A stretch of DNA of 64,000 bases from Minisyncoccota bacterium (GCA_036169735.1 JAVHNX010000051.1:8569-72568); one strand, 5' to 3'. Shown: positions 19,015-29,062, counted from the stretch's first letter. Notes: generated by a model not told the origin, from the sequence alone. Numbers and translations are program-made.

Positions 19015-19860
19015 CTATCTTCTTCTTCCATAATACGAACCTCCACCATTGGAGTTGTTTGAATTATGGTGAATATTTCCACCACCATTTCCATAACCGT
19101 TAGAATTTTGATTGTGATGGTTTTGAACAACCATATTTCCACAACCATTGTTGTAACCAGTATTAAAACTAACACCTGCTTGGAAATTCATTCCGAAACC
19201 ATTTCCACAACTTGGCTCATTCCAAATTCTTCTTTGGAAAGGTCCTTCGTTGTAATAAACAGGTCCATAATAATACGGTCCGGTTGAAACTGTTGGATGT
19301 TCGATACAATCACCAAGATTTTTGTAGCAAGTACATTGATTTTGGTTTTGTGGTTGGTATCTTTGATATTGATTACCATCTTTCACAACAGGACTCGGTA
19401 CTGGAACAGGAGCAGTTTGTTGAATAATCACTGGAACTTCCAATAAATTCATACAAATCGTTTTGAAAATAATTAGCTCACACTTTCCATATTGGAAGAT
19501 GCCGACTGTTCCTTGAAAATTTTTGTCAGGATAAAATTGGATTGTATTTCCTTTTCTACCTGAATTAGTAAAACCTTCAAGTTTCATTTCAGAATATTGA
19601 ACATGATCCAATACCCAGAAAATATTATTCTCGTCAACTTTTACTGTCTCACCAGCGGCTACTAAACCAAAGTTTACGATTCGTAAAAACTCTTTACGGT
19701 AGTTCTTGGATAATTCCGAGGTTCCCATTAAGAAATTTTTTACTTGCTCGTTTGTGTAACCGTTTTCGTTATACGATTGGATTGGTTGTAAACGTTGTGC
19801 TTTGCTCGATCCTACGAATAGGAGAACAGCTAGGATAAAAAGAATTTTCTTAATTTTCAT
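19015..19860 (-). CDS. Secreted hypothetical protein with N/G/Q-rich C-terminus
   Basis: Signal peptide MKIKKILFILAVLLFVGSSKAQ. C-terminal low-complexity tail NHHNQNSNGYGNGGGN... Confidence 0.55.
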   Translation of the reverse strand: MKIKKILFILAVLLFVGSSKAQRLQPIQSYNENGYTNEQVKNFLMGTSELSKNYRKEFLRIVNFGLVAAGETVKVDENNIFWVLDHVQYSEMKLEGFTNSGRKGNTIQFYPDKNFQGTVGIFQYGKCELIIFKTICMNLLEVPVIIQQTAPVPVPSPVVKDGNQYQRYQPQNQNQCTCYKNLGDCIEHPTVSTGPYYYGPVYYNEGPFQRRIWNEPSCGNGFGMNFQAGVSFNTGYNNGCGNMVVQNHHNQNSNGYGNGGGNIHHNSNNSNGGGSYYGRRR

Positions 19861-20056
19861 TTGTTATTATTTTAAAGTTGGTTGCCGCAAACCCTATATA
19901 TTATGGATTTCTGGCAACCAACCAAAATATTTTTCGAACAACTTATCTATGTAACAAGTATAGCACCTTTTTGTACAAAAGTCAAGCCCTATAACCTATC
20001 TAAAATTAGTTAAGAACCCTTTGTTTTAAAGATAAAATGCGGTATGATTTCAGGTA

Positions 20057-21754
20057 ATGGCACCATTTGACGAAGAAAAACAAAACAAACAACTAGATGA
20101 TTTACACAAGCTAGAAGAAGAGCAGTTAATCGAAGTTCTAGCAGAATCAAAATATAATCTACCTTATATAGACTTATCTCGTTTGGGTATAGACAACGAA
20201 GCTCTTCGTGCGATATCCGAAACTGAAGCACGTGAAATGAAAGTCGCTCCTTTTAGACTTTCTGGCAAGAATATTTTCATCGCGGTCCGTTCCCCTTCAG
20301 AAGATCTTTTGGGAAAATTAAAAGATGCAATGGAAAGAAAAAATCTAGTCGCAACTTTTTATATGGTATCGATGGCGAGCCTAAACAAAGTTTGGGATAG
20401 ATATAAAGAAATTTCTTTGGCTGAGAATTCAAAAGTTGGTGGGTTAGATATTTCTGGAGAAATTTTGTCAGAAACTGCAAAAGATATTAAAAAAATGCAA
20501 GACATTGAAGTCCTAATTACAGGTGCAATGACAGGAAACCAGAAACATAAAATTTCTCATATTCTTGAAATAATACTAGCGGGTGCAATTTCAATCAAAG
20601 CTTCTGATATCCACATCGAACCAGAAGAAAATCGTGGAAGACTACGTCTTAGACTCGATGGTGTTCTCCAAGATGTTATGTTTTTTGGAATGGATATTTA
20701 TCGTCTATTAAATTCTCGTCTAAAACTTCTTTCCGGAATGAAACTAGCAACAAGAATTGCTCAAGACGGACGCTTTAGTATTGAAGAAGGAAACGAAGAA
20801 ATAAGTATTCGTGCTTCTATGATACCTGGTACTTATGGTGAATCAATTGTTATGCGTATCTTGGATCCAAAATCCATTCAAGTGAAACTAGAAGATATGG
20901 GTATTGAACCTTTTCTTTTTAGTACGATTCAAGAAGAGATAGCTAAACCAAACGGTCTTATTTTGGTTACTGGTCCGACAGGATCAGGAAAAACCACGAC
21001 TCTTTATGCCTTTTTAAGAAAAATATATTCTTCCGAAATAAAAATCATCACTATTGAAGACCCAGTAGAATATCACCTAACTGGAATAACTCAGACACAG
21101 ACAGACGCAAAAAAGGGTTACACCTTCCTGGAAGGTTTACGTTCCGCTCTCCGTCAGGACCCAGATGTGGTAATGGTTGGAGAAATACGAGATGCCGAGA
21201 CTGCAAAGATCGCAGTCGAATCTGCTTTGACAGGACACTTGGTTTTTTCAACACTCCACACAAATAATGCAGCGGGTGTTATCCCTCGTCTTATTGATCT
21301 GGATGTTAACCCAAAGATTATGGTATCAGCTTTGTCTCTTTCTATTGCTCAGCGTCTTGTCCGTAAGCTTTGCCAAGAATGTAAAAAGGAAGCATCCCCA
21401 ACTGCCGAAGAAGCAGCTAGTATCAAGCTAGTAGTAGATAGTATCAAAGCAGAAAACAAAGATCTTAAAAATTATAATATAAACCCTGATGCTCCTTTCA
21501 AAATATTTTCTGTTGTTGGTTGTGAAAAATGTAACATGACGGGATACAAAGGACGAATCGGTATTTTTGAAGCTATCAAAACCGATGAAGCTATTGAAAA
21601 AATAATTCCAGAAAATCCAAGTGAACGTGAAATTAAAAAAGTGGCTCGAACACAAGGAATACTTTCCATGCGCCAAGATGGTGTAGTAAAAATTTTGAAT
21701 GGTGTCACCTCTCTCGAGGAAGTACAGAGTGTCGTTGATTTAAAAGAAGAATAA
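20057..21754 (+). CDS. pilB: Type IV pilus assembly / type II secretion ATPase (PilB/GspE family)
   Basis: Walker A GPTGSGKTT, Asp box DPDVVMVGEIRD, His box GHLVFSTLHTN and C-terminal tetracysteine CQEC...CEKCNMTGYKGRIGIFE. Confidence 0.85.
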   Translation: MAPFDEEKQNKQLDDLHKLEEEQLIEVLAESKYNLPYIDLSRLGIDNEALRAISETEAREMKVAPFRLSGKNIFIAVRSPSEDLLGKLKDAMERKNLVATFYMVSMASLNKVWDRYKEISLAENSKVGGLDISGEILSETAKDIKKMQDIEVLITGAMTGNQKHKISHILEIILAGAISIKASDIHIEPEENRGRLRLRLDGVLQDVMFFGMDIYRLLNSRLKLLSGMKLATRIAQDGRFSIEEGNEEISIRASMIPGTYGESIVMRILDPKSIQVKLEDMGIEPFLFSTIQEEIAKPNGLILVTGPTGSGKTTTLYAFLRKIYSSEIKIITIEDPVEYHLTGITQTQTDAKKGYTFLEGLRSALRQDPDVVMVGEIRDAETAKIAVESALTGHLVFSTLHTNNAAGVIPRLIDLDVNPKIMVSALSLSIAQRLVRKLCQECKKEASPTAEEAASIKLVVDSIKAENKDLKNYNINPDAPFKIFSVVGCEKCNMTGYKGRIGIFEAIKTDEAIEKIIPENPSEREIKKVARTQGILSMRQDGVVKILNGVTSLEEVQSVVDLKEE

Positions 21755-21880
21755 AAAGTGATTAAAGAGACTTGGGAGCGCGACGGCGCGAGCACGAGGA
21801 ATTTTTTAGCAAAAAAATATCCGTGCTCTTTAATTACTATTTATTTTTATTTTTCTTTTTTAAATTAGCAATAAAAAAAA

Positions 21881-22021
21881 CACTAATCTCTAAACAATCC
21901 TTTCAAAGCTAAGCTTCGAAAGTAACAAATTCTTGAAGGATGGTCCCCGTGAACTAATAAAAGTACCGAGACGTCCTACGCAAAATTGTATAACCGGGGG
22001 CTGATTGCTTAGAGATTAGTG
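21881..22021 (+). ncRNA. Candidate structured small RNA (about 141 nt) closed by a 13-bp perfect stem
   Basis: CACTAATCTCTAA (21881-21893) pairs with TTAGAGATTAGTG (22009-22021). Internal nested hairpins are ATCCTTTCAAAGC-taa-GCTTCGAAAG...TTGAAGGAT and GTCCCCG...CGGGGGC. Intergenic between pilB and ruvB. Strand and identity are unknown. Confidence 0.3.
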
Positions 22022-22083
22022 CCTTCTTAACTTAATAGGGTCTTAACCTGTAAAACTATTATACTATATTCAAAACCAAGTAA

Positions 22084-23169
22084 ATGTTACAATGTGGATA
22101 CCAGAGTGGATACCGTGTTAACAAAGCAACAAAGAAAGTATATCATACTACTAAACCAATGTCAAGTGAATTAGACAAAGAAATAAAAAACACCCCCGAA
22201 GAGTCTTCCCTTGATAAGACCCTTCGTCCTTCGCGTTGGGAGGAGTATATTGGCCAAAAACACATAAAAGACAACGTTAAAATACTATTAAAGGCCGCTG
22301 AAGAACGTGGTCATACCCCTGAACATCTACTATTTTATGGTCCTCCGGGCTTGGGAAAAACAACTATTGCTCACCTGATTGCCAAGGAAACTGGTCGACA
22401 AATGAAGATAACTTCCGGCCCCGCCATCGAAAAAGTTGGGGATTTGGCTTCTATCCTGACAAACCTCGCCCCCGGAGATATTATCTTTATTGACGAGATT
22501 CACCGCCTAAATAAAATGGTGGAAGAGGTCCTTTACCCTGCGATGGAGTCTGGAGTTCTTGATATTATCATTGGTAAAGGTCCTTCGGCTCGTACTATCC
22601 AGCTCGATTTGCCTCCGTTTACTCTGATCGCTGCGACGACTCGTGTCGCGATGGTGTCTTCCCCTCTTCGTTCTCGTTTTTCGGGTGGAGTTTTTCGATT
22701 AGAATTTTATTCTAACGAAGAGATTGCCGAAATTGTCCGACGATCCAGTAAACTTTTAGAAACAGAACTCGAAGAAGAAGCATTACTAGAAATAGCCAAG
22801 AGAAGCAGATTTACTCCTCGTACTGCAAACTACTTTTTGAAAAGAGCACGCGACTATGCCCAAGTAAATAAAAAAAGTTTAGACAAAGACACAGTAAAGA
22901 GAGCTCTCTCTATGCTTTCGATTGATGAAATAGGATTGAATGCTTCCGACAGAAAATTCTTGGAAGTCTTGATTGAAAAATTTAGTGGTGGACCAGTCGG
23001 ATTGAAAACTATTGCTGCTGCACTCTCCGAAGAAGAAGCAACTGTCGAAGAAGTGATTGAACCATACCTTATTCAGCTCGGATTTCTTGAACGTACTGCG
23101 AAAGGCAGAGTCGCCAATAAGAAAGCATATGAACATATGGGTTTTGACTTTATAGAAAATAAAGATTAA
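22084..23169 (+). CDS. ruvB: Holliday junction DNA helicase RuvB
   Basis: LRPSRWEEYIGQ..., Walker A GPPGLGKTT, Walker B IFIDEIHRL and sensor motifs. The true start may be the Met at about 22159. Confidence 0.9.
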   Translation: MLQCGYQSGYRVNKATKKVYHTTKPMSSELDKEIKNTPEESSLDKTLRPSRWEEYIGQKHIKDNVKILLKAAEERGHTPEHLLFYGPPGLGKTTIAHLIAKETGRQMKITSGPAIEKVGDLASILTNLAPGDIIFIDEIHRLNKMVEEVLYPAMESGVLDIIIGKGPSARTIQLDLPPFTLIAATTRVAMVSSPLRSRFSGGVFRLEFYSNEEIAEIVRRSSKLLETELEEEALLEIAKRSRFTPRTANYFLKRARDYAQVNKKSLDKDTVKRALSMLSIDEIGLNASDRKFLEVLIEKFSGGPVGLKTIAAALSEEEATVEEVIEPYLIQLGFLERTAKGRVANKKAYEHMGFDFIENKD

Positions 23170-23181
23170 ATTTTAAATATT

Positions 23182-23718
23182 ATGAGTCACTCACAATGGG
23201 AAAAGAAAAAACTGAAAAAAGCAGCCAATGGCAAAGACACTCACAAAATCTTTACAAAGATGGTGCGTTTGATAATGTCTGAAGCGAAGAAATGCAATGG
23301 AGACAGAAATTCTGACGGGCTTAAAGCTGCTATAGCCAAAGCTAAAAGTGTGAGCTTACCATCCGAAAATATCGACCGAGCAATCAAGAAAGCGAGTGAG
23401 CCAGGAGAAAGTATGAGTTCTATTACTTACGAAGCCTACGGACCAGGAGGTGTCGGTATTATTATTGAAACCCTTACTGATAGTAAAAATAGAACTGCTC
23501 AAGATATAAAACATATTCTTACCAAAAATGAATGTACATTAGCTGGTATTGGTTCTGTCGCTTGGGCTTTTGAAAAAAAAATTTCTCCTGAAGGCCTCAA
23601 CTGGAGACCAACAACCACAGTCTCTCCTTCTAATGAAGATCTAGAACTTTTAGAAAAGCTTGTGGACGAACTGGAAGCAAATGACGATGTACAGGAAGTT
23701 TTTACTAATGCAGAATAA
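23182..23718 (+). CDS. YebC/PmpR-family probable transcriptional regulator (short form)
   Basis: N-terminus MSHSQWEKKKLKKAANGKDTHKIFTKMVRLI resembles YebC (MAGHSKWANIKHRKAA...KIFTKL). Lies between ruvB and ruvC as in many bacteria. Confidence 0.7.
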   Translation: MSHSQWEKKKLKKAANGKDTHKIFTKMVRLIMSEAKKCNGDRNSDGLKAAIAKAKSVSLPSENIDRAIKKASEPGESMSSITYEAYGPGGVGIIIETLTDSKNRTAQDIKHILTKNECTLAGIGSVAWAFEKKISPEGLNWRPTTTVSPSNEDLELLEKLVDELEANDDVQEVFTNAE

Positions 23719-23720
23719 AA

Positions 23721-23764
23721 CCCTACCCCGGAGATAGGGGATTTCCCCTATCCCCGGGGTAGGG
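23721..23764. repeat. GC-rich palindromic element, family C (near-perfect 21-bp arms around a TTT loop)
   Basis: CCCTACCCCGGAGATAGGGGATTTCCCCTATCCCCGGGGTAGGG. Shares the TAGGGGATTTCCCCTA core with the copy at 31853. Confidence 0.65.
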
Positions 23765-23783
23765 TGCGTGCTAAACTTTAACT

Positions 23784-24263
23784 ATGATAATTTTAGGAAT
23801 TGATCCAGGTTTTGAAAGACTTGGTGTCGCAGTGCTCGAAAAAAATAAAGGTGACAGAAAAGAAAAGGTACTTTTTTCTGAGTGTTTTAAAACTTCGGCT
23901 AAATTAGAATTTTCAGAAAGATTACTTTTGATTGGTAAAGAAGTCAGAAAAATAATAAAAGAATATAAACCGAAAGTTCTTTCGATTGAAACTTTGTTTC
24001 TAACTACCAACCATAAAACAGTTATGCACGTCGCAGAAGCACGCGGTGTTGTTATCTATGAAGCCTCTGATGCCGGTCTAAAAATATTTGAAGCTTCCCC
24101 TCCTCAAATAAAAATAGCTACTACAGGCTACGGTAAAGCTGACAAATCTCAAGTAATAAAAATGGTTAAGATGTTAGTTGATATAGATAATTCAAAAAAA
24201 CAAGACGACGAACTAGACGCAATAGCTATTGCTCTCACTGCTTTTGCACATCTAAAATTTTAA
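23784..24263 (+). CDS. ruvC: Holliday junction resolvase RuvC
   Basis: MIILGIDPG... catalytic acidic residues and RNase H-like fold motifs. 159 aa. Confidence 0.85.
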   Translation: MIILGIDPGFERLGVAVLEKNKGDRKEKVLFSECFKTSAKLEFSERLLLIGKEVRKIIKEYKPKVLSIETLFLTTNHKTVMHVAEARGVVIYEASDAGLKIFEASPPQIKIATTGYGKADKSQVIKMVKMLVDIDNSKKQDDELDAIAIALTAFAHLKF

Positions 24264-24414
24264 GGATTTTACCCCGCGAAGCCTTGGCGAAGTGGGGTTA
24301 TCCACAGTTTTATTTTTAAAGTATTGCGAAAGTTTTCTAGATTTGGTACAAAATATAAATTAAAAATAATTGTTGTTAATGGGTCGTTTTTAAAAGTTTA
24401 AAAAATAAAAAAAT

Positions 24415-24573
24415 ATGGACGAAGAAGAAGAATCAATCGAAGAAAAGAGTTTTAGTTCAAGTAGTATCGATGATGAAAATTTTAATGATGATCTAGGTGA
24501 TACATTAGATCCGTTAGAAGTATCTGACCTGGGTATTGAAGACGATGATGATATTGATAAACTAGAAGAATAA
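24415..24573 (+). CDS. Small highly acidic hypothetical protein (52 aa)
   Basis: ATG ORF MDEEEESIEEKSFSSSSIDDENFNDDLGDTLDPLEVSDLGIEDDDDIDKLEE. Followed by a strong hairpin terminator at 24581-24607. Not in the ORF track because it is under 60 aa. Confidence 0.35.
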   Translation: MDEEEESIEEKSFSSSSIDDENFNDDLGDTLDPLEVSDLGIEDDDDIDKLEE

Positions 24574-24580
24574 TAAAAAA

Positions 24581-24607
24581 TCCTCCGATCTAATCGGAGG
24601 ATTTTTT
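24581..24607. terminator. Bidirectional hairpin terminator
   Basis: TCCTCCGATCTAATCGGAGGATTTTTT. Confidence 0.65.
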
Positions 24608-24609
24608 AT

Positions 24610-25989
24610 TTATACGATTTTTATGAATCTTCTCTTTCCAATCTTGTAGACTCCAGGAGTAGCTAAAATTTTAAAATCAGTAATTTTTGTTTCCCCTTCT
24701 TCACTCAACATTTTAACAGCACCTTCTTCAACAAGTCTACGCCATTCACTTTTTGAGGCAAAAACTTTATTTTCAAAAAGAACATCGACTAACAAATCTC
24801 CATCTTTGTATTTTACTTCTTCAATATCATCTGGAATCTCTTTTTTCTGAAAAGTATTAATGAAATTTTCCTGAGCTTCGTCTGCTTTAGATTCTCCGTA
24901 GTAGATAACAACAACTTCTCTAGCTAGCCTCATTTTTAAATCTTTTGGATTAACTTCCCCTACTCCGAGTATTTTGCGTATTTCTTCAACTTCTTCTAAT
25001 GGGGTGAAGGTACACAACTCAAAGTAATTACAAATAGAAGAATCTGGAATAGACATTATTTTTCCATACATATCATTTGGTTCATCAGTGATAGCAACAT
25101 AATTATCAAGACTCTTGGACATCTTTGCATTGCCATCAGTTCCTTCTAAGAGCTTAAAAGACAATACTGCTTGAGGTTCTTTGTTGTTCATTTCCATAAC
25201 CTCACGTCCTACCAACATGTTGAAATGTTGATCAGTACCACCAACCTCTAAATCACATGAACCATAGATATCATAAATTGCATCGGAATCAATTCCTTGA
25301 ATAACTGGGTACATCATCTCATGCATAAAAATCGGCTCTCTGTTTTTTATACGATCTTGGAACATGTCTCTTTCAACTAATCTTCCATGGGAAACATGTC
25401 TAAGAATCGCTAGAAAATTTATCAGAGTGTAATTTTTTATAACATTCCTTTGTCTGCGTGTTTCTACCCAGTTTAATGACTTATTGTAAATATCATTTTC
25501 GGGCAAAGTTTCTGTTCCATATTGTTTTTGAGAATATTCTTTAAAAATATCAACTGATCGCACCGGAGCTATGATGTCATTGATAGAAACAAACCAATCT
25601 GAATTCATGGTCCATGAAAAAAGCTTTTCATCTTTGAGTAAAATTTTATCAACTTGATTTAAATAAGTCTCCATATTTTTTTGGATCTCATCAATATTTA
25701 TTTCAGGTCGTATTTTACTTTTACCAGTAGGATCTCCAATTTGAGCTGTTATGTCACCAATCAGAAAGACTACCTTACACCCCATGTTTTGAAATTGGCG
25801 TAGTTTACGTAGTACTACCGCGTGTCCTAGATGAATATCTGGACGTGTTGGGTCAACACCGAACTTTATAACTATTTTTTCAGGGTTATTTTCTAATTTT
25901 TTACGAAAAATGCCATCTGGATCAATAAATTGACCTACCCCGCGGGTAAACAACTCGTCCATCATTTCTTTATCCTTGCTTATTTTCAT
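24610..25989 (-). CDS. tyrS: Tyrosyl-tRNA synthetase
   Basis: Class I motifs HLGH (DIHLGHAV) and KMSKS (AKMSKSLDN). GVDPTRPDIHLGHAVVLRKLRQFQNMGCKVVFLIGDITAQIGDPTGK aligns with the TyrRS N-terminus. Confidence 0.8.
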   Translation of the reverse strand: MKISKDKEMMDELFTRGVGQFIDPDGIFRKKLENNPEKIVIKFGVDPTRPDIHLGHAVVLRKLRQFQNMGCKVVFLIGDITAQIGDPTGKSKIRPEINIDEIQKNMETYLNQVDKILLKDEKLFSWTMNSDWFVSINDIIAPVRSVDIFKEYSQKQYGTETLPENDIYNKSLNWVETRRQRNVIKNYTLINFLAILRHVSHGRLVERDMFQDRIKNREPIFMHEMMYPVIQGIDSDAIYDIYGSCDLEVGGTDQHFNMLVGREVMEMNNKEPQAVLSFKLLEGTDGNAKMSKSLDNYVAITDEPNDMYGKIMSIPDSSICNYFELCTFTPLEEVEEIRKILGVGEVNPKDLKMRLAREVVVIYYGESKADEAQENFINTFQKKEIPDDIEEVKYKDGDLLVDVLFENKVFASKSEWRRLVEEGAVKMLSEEGETKITDFKILATPGVYKIGKRRFIKIV

Positions 25990-25998
25990 ATTGTGGAT

Positions 25999-26134
25999 TA
26001 TAACAGCAAACGAGGAGCATAAACAAGTTCACTTGTTTAATGTCCGAGAGCAGCTGTTATATGGTAATCCATATAACAGCAAACGAGGAGCGTAGACAAG
26101 CTTGCTTGTATAACGTCCGAGTGCTGCTGTTATA
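25999..26134. repeat. Two tandem 63-bp imperfect palindromic units (period 73 bp) in the tyrS/PBP divergent intergenic region
   Basis: Unit 1 (25999-26061) and unit 2 (26072-26134) share the outer arms TATAACAGC...GCTGTTATA. The inner hairpin differs by compensatory changes (ACAAGTtcACTTGT versus ACAAGCttGCTTGT). Confidence 0.6.
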
Positions 26135-26150
26135 TAGTATTCTATATAAC

Positions 26151-28690
26151 ATGTTTTCTGATATGATAAAGAGGATGAATAAAAAACTAAAGAATAAACA
26201 ATTTTTGAAAAACTTAGTACTGTTTTGTACTGGGGGTCTTATTATTTTATTAGGTGCATTAATAATTTTAGTTTCTAGTATAAAAATACCTGACTTTCGT
26301 TCTTTTGAAGACAGAAAAGTTGCAAACTCTACCAAAATATACGATCGTACAGGTGAAATTCTTCTTTATAATATTCACCAAGACGTAAAAAGAACCAACA
26401 TTACTTTTTCAGAAATGGGTTCGAATATAAAAAATGCAACAGTCGCAGTGGAAGATTCGGATTTTTATAATCATAGTGGAATACGAGTAACCTCTATTGT
26501 TCGAGCTATTTATTCTAATTTATTTCATGTTGGGATAGGTGGGGGTGGGTCAACCATTACACAACAGTTGGTTAAAAATACACTTCTAACACGAAATAAA
26601 ACTTACATCAGAAAAATAAAGGAATGGGTATTGGCAATCAAGATTGACCGATCAATGCCAAAAGAAAAAATCTTGGAATATTATTTGAACGAAGTTCCTT
26701 ATGGTGGAGCTGTCTATGGTATACAAGAAGCAGCAAAAACATATTTTGGGAAAAATGCGAGTGATCTAACTTTGGCCGAAGCTGCATATTTGGCAGCAAT
26801 ACCTCAGTCCCCCACAACCCTATCTCCTTATGGAAAAAATAAAGATAAACTTGAAGAAAGAAAAAATTTCGTACTTTCTAGAATGAAAGATGTAAACTTC
26901 ATTACGGAAGATATCTATAATAAAGCAAAAAATGAAGTTGTAACTTTTCTTCCTCAAACAACTGGAGGTATCAAAGCTCCCCATTTTGTTTTTTTTATTA
27001 AAGATTATTTAGAAAATAAATATGGTGTGGATATGGTGGAACAAGGTGGATTGAAAGTAACTACAACTCTTAATTACGACCTACAACAAAAAGGAGAACA
27101 GATTGTAAAAGAAGGAGCACTCCAGAATGAAAAAGATTGGAACGGTAGTAACGCAGGACTTGTAGCAATTGACCCAAAAACCGGACAAATATTGACAATG
27201 GTTGGTTCCCGAGATTATTTTGATAAAAAAATTGATGGTAACTACAATATTGCGACAGCGACAAGACAACCTGGCTCTTCTTTTAAGCCTTTTATTTATG
27301 CTACAGCTTTTAACGAAGGTTTTACTCCAGATACAGTACTCTTTGATCTACCAACTGAATTTCAAACAACCTGTAATGCTTATGGTAAAGCGTTACCAGG
27401 ACATAATCAAAGTGACTGTTATATGCCCGATGACTATGATGGGAAATTCCGTGGACCTATGAGCTTACGTAATGCACTAGCTCAATCAGTAAACATCCCT
27501 GCGGTAAAACTTTTTTATTTAGTTGGACTTAAAGATGCACTGAAAACTGCAGAAGATATGGGAATTAGTACCCTGACTGATTCAAGTCGATATGGACTTA
27601 CGTTGGTTATCGGAGAGGAGAAGTAAAACTTCTTGATATTACTTCTGCTTATGGTGTTTTTGCCAATAACGGTATTAGAAACCCAGCTACTGGAATATTA
27701 AAAATAGAAGATGCTAGTGGTAAAATCTTAGAAGAATTTACACCAAGCCCTCGAGAGATTTTACCAAAAAATACAGCATTAACTATTTCAAATGTTCTTT
27801 CTGACAATACTGCACGTATTCCAACATTCGGGGCAAATTCTGTTCTTCAAATTCCTGGTAAAGACGTAGCAGTCAAAACAGGAACAACCAACAGTAACAA
27901 AGACGCTTGGACCGTCGGATACTCTCCTGTAATAGCTGTTGGTGTTTGGGCTGGTAATAATGATAACAAGCCAATGAAAAAAGGAGGCTCGGCTGTCGCG
28001 GGACCTATTTGGAATAAATTTATTATTGAAGCAATGAATATATTACCAGATGAAAAATTTGATAAACCGAATTTGGAAGTTGATATTGAAAAAGTAAAAC
28101 CAGTAATTCGTGGAATCTGGCAAGGAAACGAAAATTTCTTTATTGATAAAATTTCTGGAAAACTAGCCACAGTTAATACACCAAAAGAAACACTGAAAGA
28201 AAAAGTAGTAACCAATGTACACACAATCCTTTATTGGGTAAACAAAAATGATATTATGGGACCTTCCCCAACTAACCCTGAGAATGATTCTCAGTTTAGT
28301 CATTGGGAAATTCCAATTCAAAATTGGTGGGCAAACAATAGTTACAAATATGCAAAAACAACTTTAGCAGAGAAACCAAATGCACAAGACGATGCTCATA
28401 CTGATGCCAATAAACCTGTTGTTGGAATTGTTCAACCGAATACCACCACCGTTTATCCTAGTAATCAAAAAATACAATTAACACTCTCAAATTCTGGAAC
28501 ATACCCTCTTCAAAAAATAGATGTATTTATAAATGATGTTTATTTAGGAACTTCAAAATATCCTTTTAACTTTTCATTCACACCTTCAGATTTAGAAAAT
28601 CTAAAAGATATAAACGAAATAAAAATTATTTCATATGACACTGCATACAATAGTAGTGAGACCACTTCTATTTTTGGTGTGAGTCAATAA
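26151..28690 (+). CDS. Class A penicillin-binding protein (transglycosylase plus transpeptidase) with an apparent -1 frameshift near 27617
   Basis: GT51 motif EDSDFYNHSGI. Transpeptidase SxxK motif RQPGSSFKP. The frame ends at LVIGEEK* (27626) and the PBP sequence resumes in frame +2 (GEVKLLDITSAYGVFANNG...KTGTTN...). A single G inserted in GGAGAGGAGAAG restores GGGEVKLLD. Confidence 0.7.
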
Positions 28691-28701
28691 AAAAACAAAA
28701 A

Positions 28702-28722
28702 GCCCCCGACCGAAGTCGGGGG
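28702..28722. terminator. Hairpin terminator, followed by a second hairpin
   Basis: GCCCCCGACCGAAGTCGGGGGC plus T-run, then TACGGAGGCAACGCCTCCGTA. Confidence 0.65.
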
Positions 28723-28793
28723 CTTTTTGTTTATCTTCTACGGAGGCAACGCCTCCGTATTTAACAAAAATATCAAGGGTAGTCCTTGATATT

Positions 28794-29051
28794 TTATCTA
28801 AAACTCTGTGGAGATCTTTTACCAAGAGTTTCTTCTAATTTGGTAAATATTTTATCTCTCTTTAAAAATATCTCGTTTTTATAGACTGGTTTTATATTTA
28901 GGTATATCGTGCCGTTTTTTATTTTTATATCTTCTGATTTTATTTGTATTCCGATTGCTTCAGAAATAATACTTCTAATAGTTTCCTTTTGTGCCTCACC
29001 TGAGGTGAGAAGGTGACTAAATTTTAAAAGTAAGTCTTTTATTTCTATCAT
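28794..29051 (-). CDS. Small DUF721/DciA-like protein downstream of dnaN
   Basis: 85-aa protein. Its position (dnaA-dnaN-small ORF) and the segment IKNGTIYLNIKPVYKNEIF resemble DUF721. Weak support. Confidence 0.35.
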   Translation of the reverse strand: MIEIKDLLLKFSHLLTSGEAQKETIRSIISEAIGIQIKSEDIKIKNGTIYLNIKPVYKNEIFLKRDKIFTKLEETLGKRSPQSFR

Positions 29052-29062
29052 TCTAGTTTAAA

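Noticed and set aside
21775-21800. Additional family-B element copy (GGGAGCGCGACGGCGCGAGCACG)
   Set aside because: Only the GC-core resembles family B (GCGCGACGGCGCGAGC versus GGCCGACGGGCCGAGC) and the flanks do not match. It is probably just the pilB terminator hairpin.
24298-24306. Perfect DnaA box TTATCCACA downstream of ruvC
   Set aside because: It is isolated, with no clustered boxes or AT-rich unwinding element, and lies within a terminator hairpin. It is probably a chance match. The real origin signals are near dnaA.
25990-26165. Possible T-box leader for tyrS
   Set aside because: No T-box consensus (AANNNGGGTGGNACCGCG) or specifier-loop architecture on the tyrS strand. The region is instead two tandem palindromic repeat units.
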